Source of the DNA: Candidatus Obscuribacterales bacterium
GTDB lineage: Bacteria > Cyanobacteriota > Vampirovibrionia > Obscuribacterales > Obscuribacteraceae
Length of the DNA stretch: 64,000 nucleotides
Direction: 5' to 3'
Assembly (NCBI GenBank): GCA_965228855.1
Contig: CBDDIJ010000002.1
Span: 480,001 to 544,000, forward strand
Of the stretch, positions 20,953 through 30,999 are shown one piece after another. A program made the translations under genes and the position numbers. Within the stretch, counting starts at the first letter, position 1, and each line of letters begins with the position of its first letter. The notes under the pieces are model-generated. The model searched no databases, was not told the DNA's origin, and was given only the letters and a program-made list of their open reading frames with translations.

Positions 20953-22800
20953 TCACGCCAGGTAACGCTCCCTGACCTCGCCGTCCTCGTCACAGAAGTA
21001 CTCGTACGGGCGGGGCGAACCGATGGGACGACCCCAACGATCCTGCGCCTGTTCGACGGTGATGAGACGGACCGGGCGACCCCAGAGACGACGCGCGTAA
21101 CGCACCGTATCCTTACACTCCGACTGCTTGAGGAAGCCGAAGGTGGGATCGAACACGTGACGAAGCGTCAGCGAGCCGGTCAGGTCCTGCGAGAGCGGAC
21201 CGCCGTCAACCACCTCGATGTCCGGGATGGAGTGACGACCGGTGCGCAGAATCAGCATCGAGCGGAACTTGGCCTTGTCCTGGTCGTAGGCGGCCACGAT
21301 CTGGAGGATCGTGCCCATCACCTGCAGGGTCTGCGGCGGAACCGGGAACGCGGGCCAGCCCTGCTGCTGCAGCTGCTGACCCATCTGGGCGAAGTTGCTC
21401 CAGGTCTCGACGATCTCGTTGAACACCTCGAGCGAAGCGTTCGTGAGCTTCTGTTCCATCGGGTGGAACGAGACGGCGGGCGGGAAGCCGGACGCACGCA
21501 GCTGACGGCTGATGACGCCGCAGACGCGATGCATCCACTCGAGCGCCTTGCCGTTGATGTGCTGCACGTGCTTCTCGGTCAGGTACTCACGGAAGAACGA
21601 CTTGTCCTCGTGGTGCTGACGCACCTGGAACATCTTGTCGCGATTCCGGTTGACCGTCATGACCTTGTGGGTCTCGCCGGTGTACTCGATGACCTTGCCG
21701 TCCACCGTGCGGTACTGGAAGTCCGACTCTTCGTCGTTGTCGGCAGGGGTCGCTTCGCGAGTCGTGAAACTCGGAGCGTCCACCTCGACTTCGCCGTCGT
21801 CGAACCCGTGTTCCCGATCGATGTACTCGAAGCAGGACAGGCCCAGCGCGTACGGGTCGAAGTACCAGGCGGTGGCCTGGCGGTCGTGCATCGACCAGTA
21901 CTGCGGCATCTCCATCGCCCAGTTCGCGGGCATGGACACTTCCGGCTGGAGAAGCAGATTCTTCTCCCAGTAGGACGCCCAGCCCTCGTTCATGAACTTG
22001 GTGCGCGCCTGCGGATGCAGGTACAGCGCCTGGTCGCGCACGATGGCGATCAGACCGCGCTCTTCGTCGCCGAGACGAGGGTTGTTGCGCTCGTCCATGA
22101 TGAACGAGAGCACGTCGGACACCGGGTTGATCGGGTCACGCTTGAGGCGCGCCGCGATCTCGTCGATGCGCTCCTGGATGCCGCGCGACTCGAACTCGCT
22201 CGACTCCGCCTGCTTCAGCCGCTGACGCAGCTCGACAAGCTGATGCTCGAGTTCCTTGCGCACCAGCTTGTCGCTGACGCGGTCCTTGATGGCGGGCACC
22301 CAGCCGACGTGATCGTCCAGAGCATGGGCGGCGTCGAGGATCCATTCGACCTTCTCGACACCATATGCGGGGTCACGCGTCAGTCGCTTCACGAACTCAC
22401 CGTTCTGAGCCAGCCGCTCGATGATCGAGTCTGCGCCGGAGTCTCCGAAGGTTTCGTTGTTGGCGAAGAAGTCGACGTGACCCCACTTCGCGTGCGCCAT
22501 CACCAGAAGCTGCATGGGCAGCCGGTTCGTGACGCCGAGGTAGCAGAAGCTCGGCGAAGAGTTGATCACAGCTTCGAAGATGTGGAAGTTTCCACCATCC
22601 TTCATCTGCTGCTCGTACTTCTTGCCGAAGCTCCAGTGACGGTAGTGAGCGGGCAACATCACGTAGGGGATGAGCCGGACCATCTGGTCGTCGCCGACCA
22701 GTTCGTAGCGGGTTTCGTAGGGCTTGAGGCCCACACGAACGCCCGCCCTGGTCAGGCGCTCGTCCCACATTCGAATGTGCTTAATGAGCTTATCGTACAT
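20953..22800 (-). CDS. spoVR: SpoVR family protein
   Basis: HYRHWSFGKKY, FEAVINSSP, MAH..GHVDFFANN, TKFMNEGWASYW, DPYALG. Confidence 0.92.
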   Translation of the reverse strand: MYDKLIKHIRMWDERLTRAGVRVGLKPYETRYELVGDDQMVRLIPYVMLPAHYRHWSFGKKYEQQMKDGGNFHIFEAVINSSPSFCYLGVTNRLPMQLLVMAHAKWGHVDFFANNETFGDSGADSIIERLAQNGEFVKRLTRDPAYGVEKVEWILDAAHALDDHVGWVPAIKDRVSDKLVRKELEHQLVELRQRLKQAESSEFESRGIQERIDEIAARLKRDPINPVSDVLSFIMDERNNPRLGDEERGLIAIVRDQALYLHPQARTKFMNEGWASYWEKNLLLQPEVSMPANWAMEMPQYWSMHDRQATAWYFDPYALGLSCFEYIDREHGFDDGEVEVDAPSFTTREATPADNDEESDFQYRTVDGKVIEYTGETHKVMTVNRNRDKMFQVRQHHEDKSFFREYLTEKHVQHINGKALEWMHRVCGVISRQLRASGFPPAVSFHPMEQKLTNASLEVFNEIVETWSNFAQMGQQLQQQGWPAFPVPPQTLQVMGTILQIVAAYDQDKAKFRSMLILRTGRHSIPDIEVVDGGPLSQDLTGSLTLRHVFDPTFGFLKQSECKDTVRYARRLWGRPVRLITVEQAQDRWGRPIGSPRPYEYFCDEDGEVRERYLA

Positions 22801-22813
22801 GGCTAGGACCTCC

Positions 22814-24085
22814 TTACTTTTTCTTGTCCTTGTCGAGGATCTGCTTGAACGCGTCCGGCACCTGCTTCAGGTTTTCCACCCGAGCCATGCCAACGTGTTT
22901 CTTCACATCCTCAGGCAAAGACTTGAGAGCCAGGCCACCAGACTGCCAGCCGCTTCCACCCCAGCCCATGCCACCACATTCGAGGTAGCCGAGATAGTTG
23001 AAATCGGTCTTGACGAGCTTGGTGTACCAGCCGCGGATGACATCATCGCCGTCGAAGAGCACGCCGTCCGTCGCCTGGAACATGTAGCGGTTCCAGGTTG
23101 CGGCGGGAAACTCCGCTTGAGCGATATCGTAAACCATCTGATAGGCCGGCTCGGCGACAGTGCCACCACCAGCCTCGATCTGGAACCACTTGGTCTCGTC
23201 TTCGATGCGGAAGGCGTGAGCGTCGTGGGCGATCATCACAACCTTGACGTCCTTGTACTTGTTGCGCAGGAACATCAGGTTGAGGACGAAGAACGCCTTG
23301 GCGATCATGAGCGGGTCACCGCCCATGGAGCCGGAGCGATCGAGCACGAAGAAGATGACCGCCTTCGACTCGTCGTCGAGGGTCTCTTCCACCCGGTTGT
23401 AGCGGAAGTCCTTCTTGTGGAAGGGAACATCCTGCACGCTCGGGATCTTCTTCTTCTTCTCGTCTTCGAGAAGTGCCGCGAACTTCGGGTCGTCGGGGTT
23501 CGCATTGCGCATACCGATGGAACGGCGAACGCGAGCGCGCGCCGTATCACCCTTGCGCAGACGCGGCTTCGGCCCAGTGGGCTGGACGCCGCGGTACTTG
23601 TGAGCTTTGACCTTCGTGGTGGCGAGCTGCTTCTTCAGAAGCTCGGGCAGCTCCATGTCCTCGAAGAGCATCTGGAGGAGCTCATCGAGGTCGATTTCCA
23701 CGAAAATTTCGTCAGCCGGGTCGGAGCCGGCGTCTTGGCCGCCTCCACCACCGCCGCCCTGCTGGTCGCGTCCATAGCGCCAGCGAGGCTCGTAACCGCC
23801 GGAAACGGGCACTTTGATCTTGCCCTTGTCCCCGAAGATCGGGTTGCCGCCGATGAGTTCGGGCAGCTTGGGCTTGATCTGATCCTTGATACGATCTTTG
23901 TGCCGCTTGCGGTCTTCTTCAGTGCGGTCACCACCGTTCGGGTCGGGCGGGCTGACGACAGCGTCGGCAACGACGGCCCGGGTCATGAGCGTCAGAGGAA
24001 ACGGACGCGAACCCGAGTCGTAAACCGTGACGGAGCTCAGGTTACCCTGAACGTCCGCCTTGTCGTGAGTCTTGTCGTTAGACAT
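22814..24085 (-). CDS. YeaH/YhbH (DUF444) VWA-like protein
   Basis: DRKRHKDRIK, Gly-rich linker, LF.DMELP.L, FFVLDRSGSM, GGT...AY, WNRYMFQATDG; AGGAGG SD before ATG 24085. Confidence 0.9.
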   Translation of the reverse strand: MSNDKTHDKADVQGNLSSVTVYDSGSRPFPLTLMTRAVVADAVVSPPDPNGGDRTEEDRKRHKDRIKDQIKPKLPELIGGNPIFGDKGKIKVPVSGGYEPRWRYGRDQQGGGGGGGQDAGSDPADEIFVEIDLDELLQMLFEDMELPELLKKQLATTKVKAHKYRGVQPTGPKPRLRKGDTARARVRRSIGMRNANPDDPKFAALLEDEKKKKIPSVQDVPFHKKDFRYNRVEETLDDESKAVIFFVLDRSGSMGGDPLMIAKAFFVLNLMFLRNKYKDVKVVMIAHDAHAFRIEDETKWFQIEAGGGTVAEPAYQMVYDIAQAEFPAATWNRYMFQATDGVLFDGDDVIRGWYTKLVKTDFNYLGYLECGGMGWGGSGWQSGGLALKSLPEDVKKHVGMARVENLKQVPDAFKQILDKDKKK

Positions 24086-24160
24086 GCGGAATACCTCCTG
24101 CTTCGGTTTAGATGAGAAGCCGGGTAAGTTTGAACCGCCCAGAAAGAGCGGCCGGCATTC

Positions 24161-24250
24161 AAAAAAAAGAGTTGGTGTTTCTGCCGAAAGCCGCTTTTGA
24201 AGCGGATGTTGTCGTATGAACGACGGAGCGGATGGCAGAGAACACCACTC
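24161..24250 (-). other. Multibranch RNA structure ending in a U8 tract (candidate attenuator/terminator)
   Basis: About 16-bp closing stem (24169-24185 with 24234-24250) enclosing two hairpins, followed by T8 on the minus strand. Confidence 0.55.
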
Positions 24251-24409
24251 CCTGAAAAATGTCGAGCCGCTCAACCGAAGCGACCGAAACTCCCGTCAGA
24301 AAATGCAACCAGGCAAGCGAAGGAAGCGAGCGCTCCTATAAAGGAACGCCCGCCTCCTTGCCATTCGCAACATCAAGGAATCTTGCGATTCCTATCTATT
24401 GCTAGCCGA

Positions 24410-26629
24410 TTACACCTCCTTCAGGAAGTCCCGGGTCTCTTCGGCTTCCTTCAGGACCTCGTCAGCGGTGTACTCATCGAAGCCGTGCTCCGAGATGAGA
24501 CGCTGCTTGACGGTGGCGAGCTTGCGACGCTCCTCGTCCGTACCGGCGTTCGCCGAGTTGAGGACGCGGGCGGTGTCCTTCACCTTCGCGCAGACGAAGC
24601 GCTCGATGGCGCGCTGCAGCGGCTCGTAGCAGGTGTAGGGCACGTCGACGGTCTGGTTGTCCGTCATGAACGCGGCGACGACCGAGGCGACCTCGGCGCG
24701 GAACGACTTGGACTGAGCCGACGTGATGTTCAGCTCGGGGTCCGCCTCGATCTTGCGCATGAAGTCCTCGTCCGGACCGCTGCGGAAGGACGAGCCCGAC
24801 GAAGCACGGACAGTCGTGTTGCGGTTGTACGCCTGCACGTTGTCGAAGTACTTGCGGAACACGTCCTGGACCTCGCTCTTGAAGCCCTCGACCATGGCGG
24901 CGAGAACGATGCGAGCGAGGCGCTTGCGGCGCCATTCGTCGAGCTGACGCGAGATGAACTCGCGGTACTGCTTCTGGACCTTCTCGTCCTGGATGTGGCG
25001 GATCGACTCGTAGAGCCGCTCGCGCACTTCACGCGACGTGATGGCGTGGTTCTTCACCACCGCCTCGGAGGCCAGACCGGTCAGCAGCTTGCTGATGAAA
25101 CGGGGCGAGACGCCGTCCATGCCTTCCCACGGGGTGGCTTCGCGCTTGAGCGCGAGGACGTCGATCTTGGTGCCCATGCCGCGCAGACGCGACTCGTCGC
25201 CGTTGTAGGCGTCGAGCTTGATCATCAGGTCGGCAACCTGGGTGGAGGGCTCCAGGCGGGTGAGCACGGCGAAGCGCGCCAGGTACGGCACGATCGTCGG
25301 CTCGAGGTGGCAGCCACCCTCGGACTGGGGAATGGCGAAGTCGGTGCCGCCCCATTCCTTCTGGATGACGCGCTCCATCTCGGACGCCTCGAGCGGGTAC
25401 GGCCAGTTGATCTGGATGAAACGGTCCAGATACGGCTCGTTCTTCGGCTCGTTCTTGAACTCCCGGAACTCGGGGGCGTTCGAGTGGTAGATCAGGACGC
25501 CGTCCCAGTGCAGGTTGAGGCGCATCGGATCGGGAGCGGGGATGCTCTTGTCCTGCGTCGCTTCCAGCACGGAGCGGTGGGCTTCCTTCGGGTTCTTGAA
25601 GCCCTCGACGAACTCCAGCATGCCGCGGTTGGACAGGTTGTACGCACCGTTGAGCTCGACGGAGCGCGGGTCGGCGCGGTCGACGTTGCCGAGGACGGCA
25701 ATGTTCTCCTCACCGATCATGACGCGCATGTCGAAGTTGAGCGGCTGCACTTCCTTGACCGAGCAGATGCCGACGGCACCTTCCTGGTCGTCCGCGAAGT
25801 AGAACGACTCGACCGGGTAGTCCCACAGCGGGAACGTCTCCGACTTGTCGATGTACTTGCCGAGCACGCGGTCCTTCACGAACGGGTCGGGGTAGCCGAG
25901 GTTCGCGCGGGTGGCGCGGGGCAGACCCATGGCGTGCACGATGGCGGACACGAGCTGGTCGGCGTCGGTGATCTCGCAGAGACCGTCGAAACCGGGCTCG
26001 GCGCCGGCCTGGTTGAAGGCCTTCAGCGCGTCGCGGTTCTGGTAGTTGAGGGGCAGGTCCTGCAGGCCGAGGTTGGCGAGGATGAGCTTGCGCGCCTCGC
26101 GGGTCGACTTGGCCTCGCCGTCCAGCACCATCTTCTGCGCGACCTGGGGAATCAGGAAGAGCAGGTTGAGCGGGTTCACGCGCATCGGCGAGTGAGCCGC
26201 GTAGGGGATGGGCTCGGAGGTCTTCAGGATCTTCTTCAGCTTCTTGGCGAACTGGGACTTGCCGGAGCCCTTGGGCCCGATCAGCACCAGCACCTGCTTG
26301 TCCGCTTCACCACCGTGGATGGCGGCGCCGAAGCACTCGGCCACGACCTGGTGGATGTAGGGCTCGATGCCGTAGAACTCGTCGAACGCCTTGTAGGCGA
26401 CGATCGGCTTGCCGTAGATGCGCTCGAGCTTCTCGGAGCGGACGACGTTGACGCCCTGGCGGACGATCAGGCGGAACATGCGGCTCTTGGCGGACTCGAC
26501 GTACGCCGGGAACTCGATGGCCGTCGGGAGGAAGGTCTTCAAGGTACCCTTGAACGGCTCTTCCGGGAGGAAGAACTTCGCGCGCTCTTCCTCGGAAATC
26601 TGGAACTTCTTGTCATTGATGGTCGACAT
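24410..26629 (-). CDS. prkA: PrkA/YeaG family AAA+ serine kinase
   Basis: EFYGIE, LIGPKGSGKS, DPRS..LNGAYNLSNRGMLEFVE, LEATQDK, EGMDGVSPRF. Confidence 0.9.
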   Translation of the reverse strand: MSTINDKKFQISEEERAKFFLPEEPFKGTLKTFLPTAIEFPAYVESAKSRMFRLIVRQGVNVVRSEKLERIYGKPIVAYKAFDEFYGIEPYIHQVVAECFGAAIHGGEADKQVLVLIGPKGSGKSQFAKKLKKILKTSEPIPYAAHSPMRVNPLNLLFLIPQVAQKMVLDGEAKSTREARKLILANLGLQDLPLNYQNRDALKAFNQAGAEPGFDGLCEITDADQLVSAIVHAMGLPRATRANLGYPDPFVKDRVLGKYIDKSETFPLWDYPVESFYFADDQEGAVGICSVKEVQPLNFDMRVMIGEENIAVLGNVDRADPRSVELNGAYNLSNRGMLEFVEGFKNPKEAHRSVLEATQDKSIPAPDPMRLNLHWDGVLIYHSNAPEFREFKNEPKNEPYLDRFIQINWPYPLEASEMERVIQKEWGGTDFAIPQSEGGCHLEPTIVPYLARFAVLTRLEPSTQVADLMIKLDAYNGDESRLRGMGTKIDVLALKREATPWEGMDGVSPRFISKLLTGLASEAVVKNHAITSREVRERLYESIRHIQDEKVQKQYREFISRQLDEWRRKRLARIVLAAMVEGFKSEVQDVFRKYFDNVQAYNRNTTVRASSGSSFRSGPDEDFMRKIEADPELNITSAQSKSFRAEVASVVAAFMTDNQTVDVPYTCYEPLQRAIERFVCAKVKDTARVLNSANAGTDEERRKLATVKQRLISEHGFDEYTADEVLKEAEETRDFLKEV

Positions 26630-26689
26630 GGTTTTCACCCTTTCAGAGTTAGTGTGAGACGACGTAAGGAACCGGTTGGATCGGCACCG

Positions 26690-28903
26690 TTACTTCCAAA
26701 GCTCGAACTCTTTGAAGTACGCGAGTGCAACCTTGCGGCTGGCCTCGTTGTATCCGGAGCCCGAGCCCTCGAAGCGCTCAATGGACTCGGTACGGAGCTT
26801 GCGATCCTCTTCGCCGAGGTTGGTATCGTCGCCCAGGATCGTCTGAACCTTGAGCGCGATCTCGTCGTCGAGAATCTTCTTGATGGCCTTCTTCAGGTCC
26901 GGGTGCGTTTCCCAGGTGAAGATGCTCTTGTCGAGCCGTTCCTCACCGTCGGTGGACGCAGCAGCCTCGCGCATGAGCTCGATGAACTCAGACTCGAGAG
27001 AGCGCCGGAAGTTGGCGGCATCGTCGCCGGACTTGCCCATCGCCGCTTCGATCTTCATCAGATGAGCGGTGTCGATGGACAGCATGCGATTGTGCCGTTC
27101 GTCGAAGACCTTGTCCTTGCCCTTGCCCCATTCCACCGCGTGCTTGTGGTACTTGCGGAACATGTCCTCGGCACGGGTGTCATAGTCGGGCGAGAACGCT
27201 GCCAGGACCTGCGCCTTCAGCAGACGACGATATTCGGCTTCGATCAGTTCGACCGTGCCGTACTTCGACATCAGCATGGTGAGGTGCTTCTTGGAGCGCT
27301 CGAAAATCTTCTTGGTCGCGTCCGTGAGCCCGGGGCGGGTGAGCTCACGCTCGACGCGCGCCTTCAAGTAGTTCACAGCGGCGAGCGCAGTGACCGACTT
27401 GTGCTTGGACTGCAGACCGAGCTCGCAGAGCTGCGAGACCGAAGAGAGCATGAAGCCGAAGTCGATACCGGTCCGTCCCTCCTCTTCGCCGGCGGCGATC
27501 CAGAGATCGGAAACCGAGTAGTTCTTGCTCTGAGCTTCGTTCTGCTTCGCCGCGTTGCCGAGGCTGGCAGCACCGCCCAACCAGGGGTTGGGTCGCTCAT
27601 TGATCGAGCTGGACTTCTTCTCCAGGATCAGCGGTTCGCCGTTGTACATGCGAATGCGCTGCGCGAGCGTGGGACCTTCGGTCTCATCCTTCATACGGCT
27701 CGCAACGGCCGCGGTAGCCAGAACCTGCAGCACGAGCGGATCGAGGTGCGGCACCTCCTTGAGCTGCTTGATGAAGGCAGCGTAGGCGGCGACCTCTTCA
27801 CAGACCACGGTGTTGTAGTCCATGACGAAGACCTGGCCGCGGCGGTGCCACTTGCCCGGGTCTTCCTGATCCTTTACAAAGCGCAGCCAGGCGCCTTCGT
27901 TGGTCTCGACGACCTGCATCTGGTCGAGGGGGATGAAACCCGCACTCGAGCCGCAGCTGACCGCCGAAGCCGGCATGCGCCGACCTTCGGTCGCTTCCAG
28001 AAGAACCTGGAGCTGGCTGACGGAACCCGCCTCGGCGCCCTTGGCGTCGAAGGCTTCCTGCATGCGGACGACGCCACGGTTGCCCTGGCGAATCGCGACC
28101 GGCAGGCTGCAGCCCTGATCCGGAGCACTGGGAGTCCACACGGAGATGCCCGCGTTGCGCGAGGACAGGCGCAGAGCTTCGACCTTGAAGGACGAGAGGT
28201 TCGGCGCGGTCTCCGCGTGGGCATGGGTGTCTTCGCCTTCGCCGCAACCGGTGTTGCAGGCGCCGGCAGACGGCTTCTTGTCGATGCCCATCACGGTGCG
28301 GAAGCAGTGAGCACACGGCTCCTGCGCCACCTTCAGAAGGTCATCGAGCTTGTCACACTTGATCTTGCCGTCATCGCCGCGCTCGATCATGCCGAGCTGT
28401 TCGGAGATGGCGACGCGCTCCTCGGGGGAGAGGAGCTTGAGGAGATTCATCGGGCTTTCGTGCTCGGGGCAGCCGGCGACCGCGTAGACGATCTGTCCTT
28501 CCAGGGCGCGAACCATGTGGTCCACGAGGAAAGACTTACCGCTACCGGGGCCACCGCACAGCACGAGCATCTGACGAAGCTGATACCCGTTCTGGGCAGC
28601 AGATTCGTAGAATTTCATCAGGCGCGCAACAACACGTTGGCTGCCGCGCACACCGGCGAATGCCTTATAGGACGGAATCTTCATCGCGCGAAGCATCCGG
28701 AGGTAGGGCTGGCGTTCCGGATGGGCTTCGTCGATGTTCTCCTCACCGAGCGATTTCACTGCGCGAACGAACAACGCTGCAGCGGTGTCCGCGCGTTCGG
28801 GATGTTCCTTGAGCGAACCCAGGAACTCCGGAAAACTCATGGTCTCAGCGACGAGCGGCTTCAGCCCAAGCAGCTCGGTGAGACCATCGGTGGTTTTCGA
28901 CAT
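26690..28903 (-). CDS. Second, divergent PrkA/YeaG family AAA+ protein
   Basis: LCGGPGSGKS, GCPEHESP, GNRGVV, LLEATE; GGAGG SD before ATG 28903. Confidence 0.82.
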   Translation of the reverse strand: MSKTTDGLTELLGLKPLVAETMSFPEFLGSLKEHPERADTAAALFVRAVKSLGEENIDEAHPERQPYLRMLRAMKIPSYKAFAGVRGSQRVVARLMKFYESAAQNGYQLRQMLVLCGGPGSGKSFLVDHMVRALEGQIVYAVAGCPEHESPMNLLKLLSPEERVAISEQLGMIERGDDGKIKCDKLDDLLKVAQEPCAHCFRTVMGIDKKPSAGACNTGCGEGEDTHAHAETAPNLSSFKVEALRLSSRNAGISVWTPSAPDQGCSLPVAIRQGNRGVVRMQEAFDAKGAEAGSVSQLQVLLEATEGRRMPASAVSCGSSAGFIPLDQMQVVETNEGAWLRFVKDQEDPGKWHRRGQVFVMDYNTVVCEEVAAYAAFIKQLKEVPHLDPLVLQVLATAAVASRMKDETEGPTLAQRIRMYNGEPLILEKKSSSINERPNPWLGGAASLGNAAKQNEAQSKNYSVSDLWIAAGEEEGRTGIDFGFMLSSVSQLCELGLQSKHKSVTALAAVNYLKARVERELTRPGLTDATKKIFERSKKHLTMLMSKYGTVELIEAEYRRLLKAQVLAAFSPDYDTRAEDMFRKYHKHAVEWGKGKDKVFDERHNRMLSIDTAHLMKIEAAMGKSGDDAANFRRSLESEFIELMREAAASTDGEERLDKSIFTWETHPDLKKAIKKILDDEIALKVQTILGDDTNLGEEDRKLRTESIERFEGSGSGYNEASRKVALAYFKEFELWK

Positions 28904-29125
28904 ATTTGTCCTCCAATCGTTAGGAGTCTGTTGGCAGAGCCATGAATGAATGTCGGTCGGCAGATGGAGACCCGCGTTTGGCATTCGAATGTCACCAGCT
29001 GGTTTGACACTCGTGCCGATGGCGAGCCGCTCCCTTATCAAGGAAGTTGCTGCCAAACGCGTTTCACACACCTGCATCTGACAAGGAAAACTAACCGCAC
29101 TAACGACGCTGAAGCATCCACCGAT

Positions 29126-29464
29126 TCACGTGACCCGGCTCAGCATGCGTAGCGCAGCTGGTGGTTCAATTTTGTGCTTCGAGGCGTCGATAGAGTTGCG
29201 GGCTTGGGTTTCGGGTTCCGTGAATTGGAGTCGGTAGATATCTGCCAAACTACCAGACACAGACACATATTCAAAACCTGTAAACGCCCGTCTATTGACA
29301 ACCCCGGGAGATTCTAAAGGAAAGGCTAATTGGGTGTTGCCAAGCAGCAAATCCCCCGAAACCTTTGTGCCCCAAACGATACACCAGCTGGCAAAATCCC
29401 CGGTTGCCAAGAGGGGCTCAATATCATCAACTCGCCCCCTATTTTTGGGGTATATATCCAGCAT
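29126..29464 (-). CDS. Possible hypothetical protein
   Basis: 112-aa ORF only; no recognised motif, lower GC. Confidence 0.25.
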   Translation of the reverse strand: MLDIYPKNRGRVDDIEPLLATGDFASWCIVWGTKVSGDLLLGNTQLAFPLESPGVVNRRAFTGFEYVSVSGSLADIYRLQFTEPETQARNSIDASKHKIEPPAALRMLSRVT

Positions 29465-29758
29465 GCCACCATGACCAGCTTTACCTTTACAGCCAGGTTG
29501 TCATGCGGTTGAGAATCCTTAAGGAAACCTGAAACCCATAGCGAGGCTCTGAGAGCCTTACCAAACGGGCGTTTCCAGCCTAATTGTCATGAGGTCGCAC
29601 CCACCTGGACATAACACCTCTTTACGACCCATCGGAACCGATACCGATCAAATCCGACACAAACGACATCCTCTTTACATATTCGCAGCAAACAAGATCA
29701 CTACCGGGGTCGCGATCTTCCAGATTCTAAAAGCGCCAGGAGCTGCGCCCGTTTAGGC

Positions 29759-30890
29759 TCACGTCACCGATGATGCCGCCGCTTTCTGGCGTAAAAATGC
29801 ATCTATAAAAGGATCAATGTCGCCATTCAAGACAGACTCGACATGCGGTGTTTCATGCTTAGTTCGGACGTCCTTCACCATTCGGTCATCCAAAACGTAC
29901 GATCGAATAGCATTGCCAAAACTAGCTTGCACGGTTTCCCCGCGGAGCCGCGCTAATTCTTCCTCTCTCTCGGCCTGCTTTTTCGCCAGGAGCTTCGATC
30001 TCAGGATTTCCATTGCCAGCGCTCTGTTCTGCAGCTGGCTGCGCTCCTGCTGGCATTTGACGGCGATTCCGGTGGGTATGTGAACTATGCGAACAGCCGA
30101 TTCGACCTTGTTGACGTTTTGACCACCCGCGCCACCTGAGCGCATTGTGTCCACCTCTATGTCATCATCACTTATTTCAATCAACGACTCACTGTCACTC
30201 ATCATAGGAGTGACATCCACAGCCGCAAAGCTTGTCTGTCTAGAATCGTTGCCCTGCTTGAATGGTGATTTGCGAACCAGCCGGTGAACACCCTTTTCGC
30301 ACGACAGATATCCGTAGGCGAAAGGTCCTTCTACCTTTATAGTGGCACTTTTCAAACCGGCTTCCTCTCCGGGAGACGAGTCCAGAAGCTCGGTCTTGAA
30401 ACCACGCACTTCGCACCACCTTGTGTACATGCGCAGCAGCATCTCTGCCCAATCCTGAGCATCAGTACCTCCGGCACCCGCGTTAATAGTTACAAGAGCA
30501 GCAGAATCATCGTATTCGCCCGAGAGCAAGTTCTCAAGCTCGTATCGCTCAAGCTCCTTATTCATCTCTTTGACGCCGACTGACACTTCGGTTGTCACTT
30601 CTTTGATCAGCACTTCGTCTTGCTCAGCTTGGCCAATCTCTACGAGATCAAAAAGGTCTCTGAGACGTGCATGCCAACCTTCATATTTCTCAATCGTGCC
30701 CTTAACACGACTTAGCTTTTGCGTTACATCTTTGGCACGCTTCTGGTCCTGCCAGAACTCCGGGTCCAGAGTCTGGTTTTCGAGGCTCTCTTGCTCTTTC
30801 TTCAGCGCAACTACGTCAAAGATATTGGCTGACTTTCGTCAACCGTTCCTCGATCTCTTCAAGATCTCGTTTAAGTTCCGACAGATCCAC
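29759..30890 (-). CDS. prfB: Peptide chain release factor 2, +1 programmed frameshift at CTT-TGA-C (30821-30815)
   Basis: GGAGG SD + GTG 30890, 24 codons to CTT TGA C, then +1 frame DVVALKKEQ...[11 protein letters not shown] and GGQ motifs. Confidence 0.95.
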
Positions 30891-30999
30891 GACAAGGCCT
30901 CCAATCAATCGAATCCGGCACAGAGAGCCGGCGAGCTCCAACTTAGTCTAACAATCATTCATACGAGCGCATCACGAAAAAAAATGCGAGCGTCCGGAG

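Noticed and set aside
24197..28945. 1582-aa plus-strand ORF, and similar long ORFs at 4134, 6215, 8202, 11580, 20722, 22724, 60241 (+) and 16957 (-)
   Set aside because: Antisense shadows of recognisable genes caused by avoidance of TTA/CTA/TCA codons; no motifs of their own.
29759..30613. prfB as a truncated gene or pseudogene
   Set aside because: Explained by the programmed +1 frameshift; the full gene starts at 30890.
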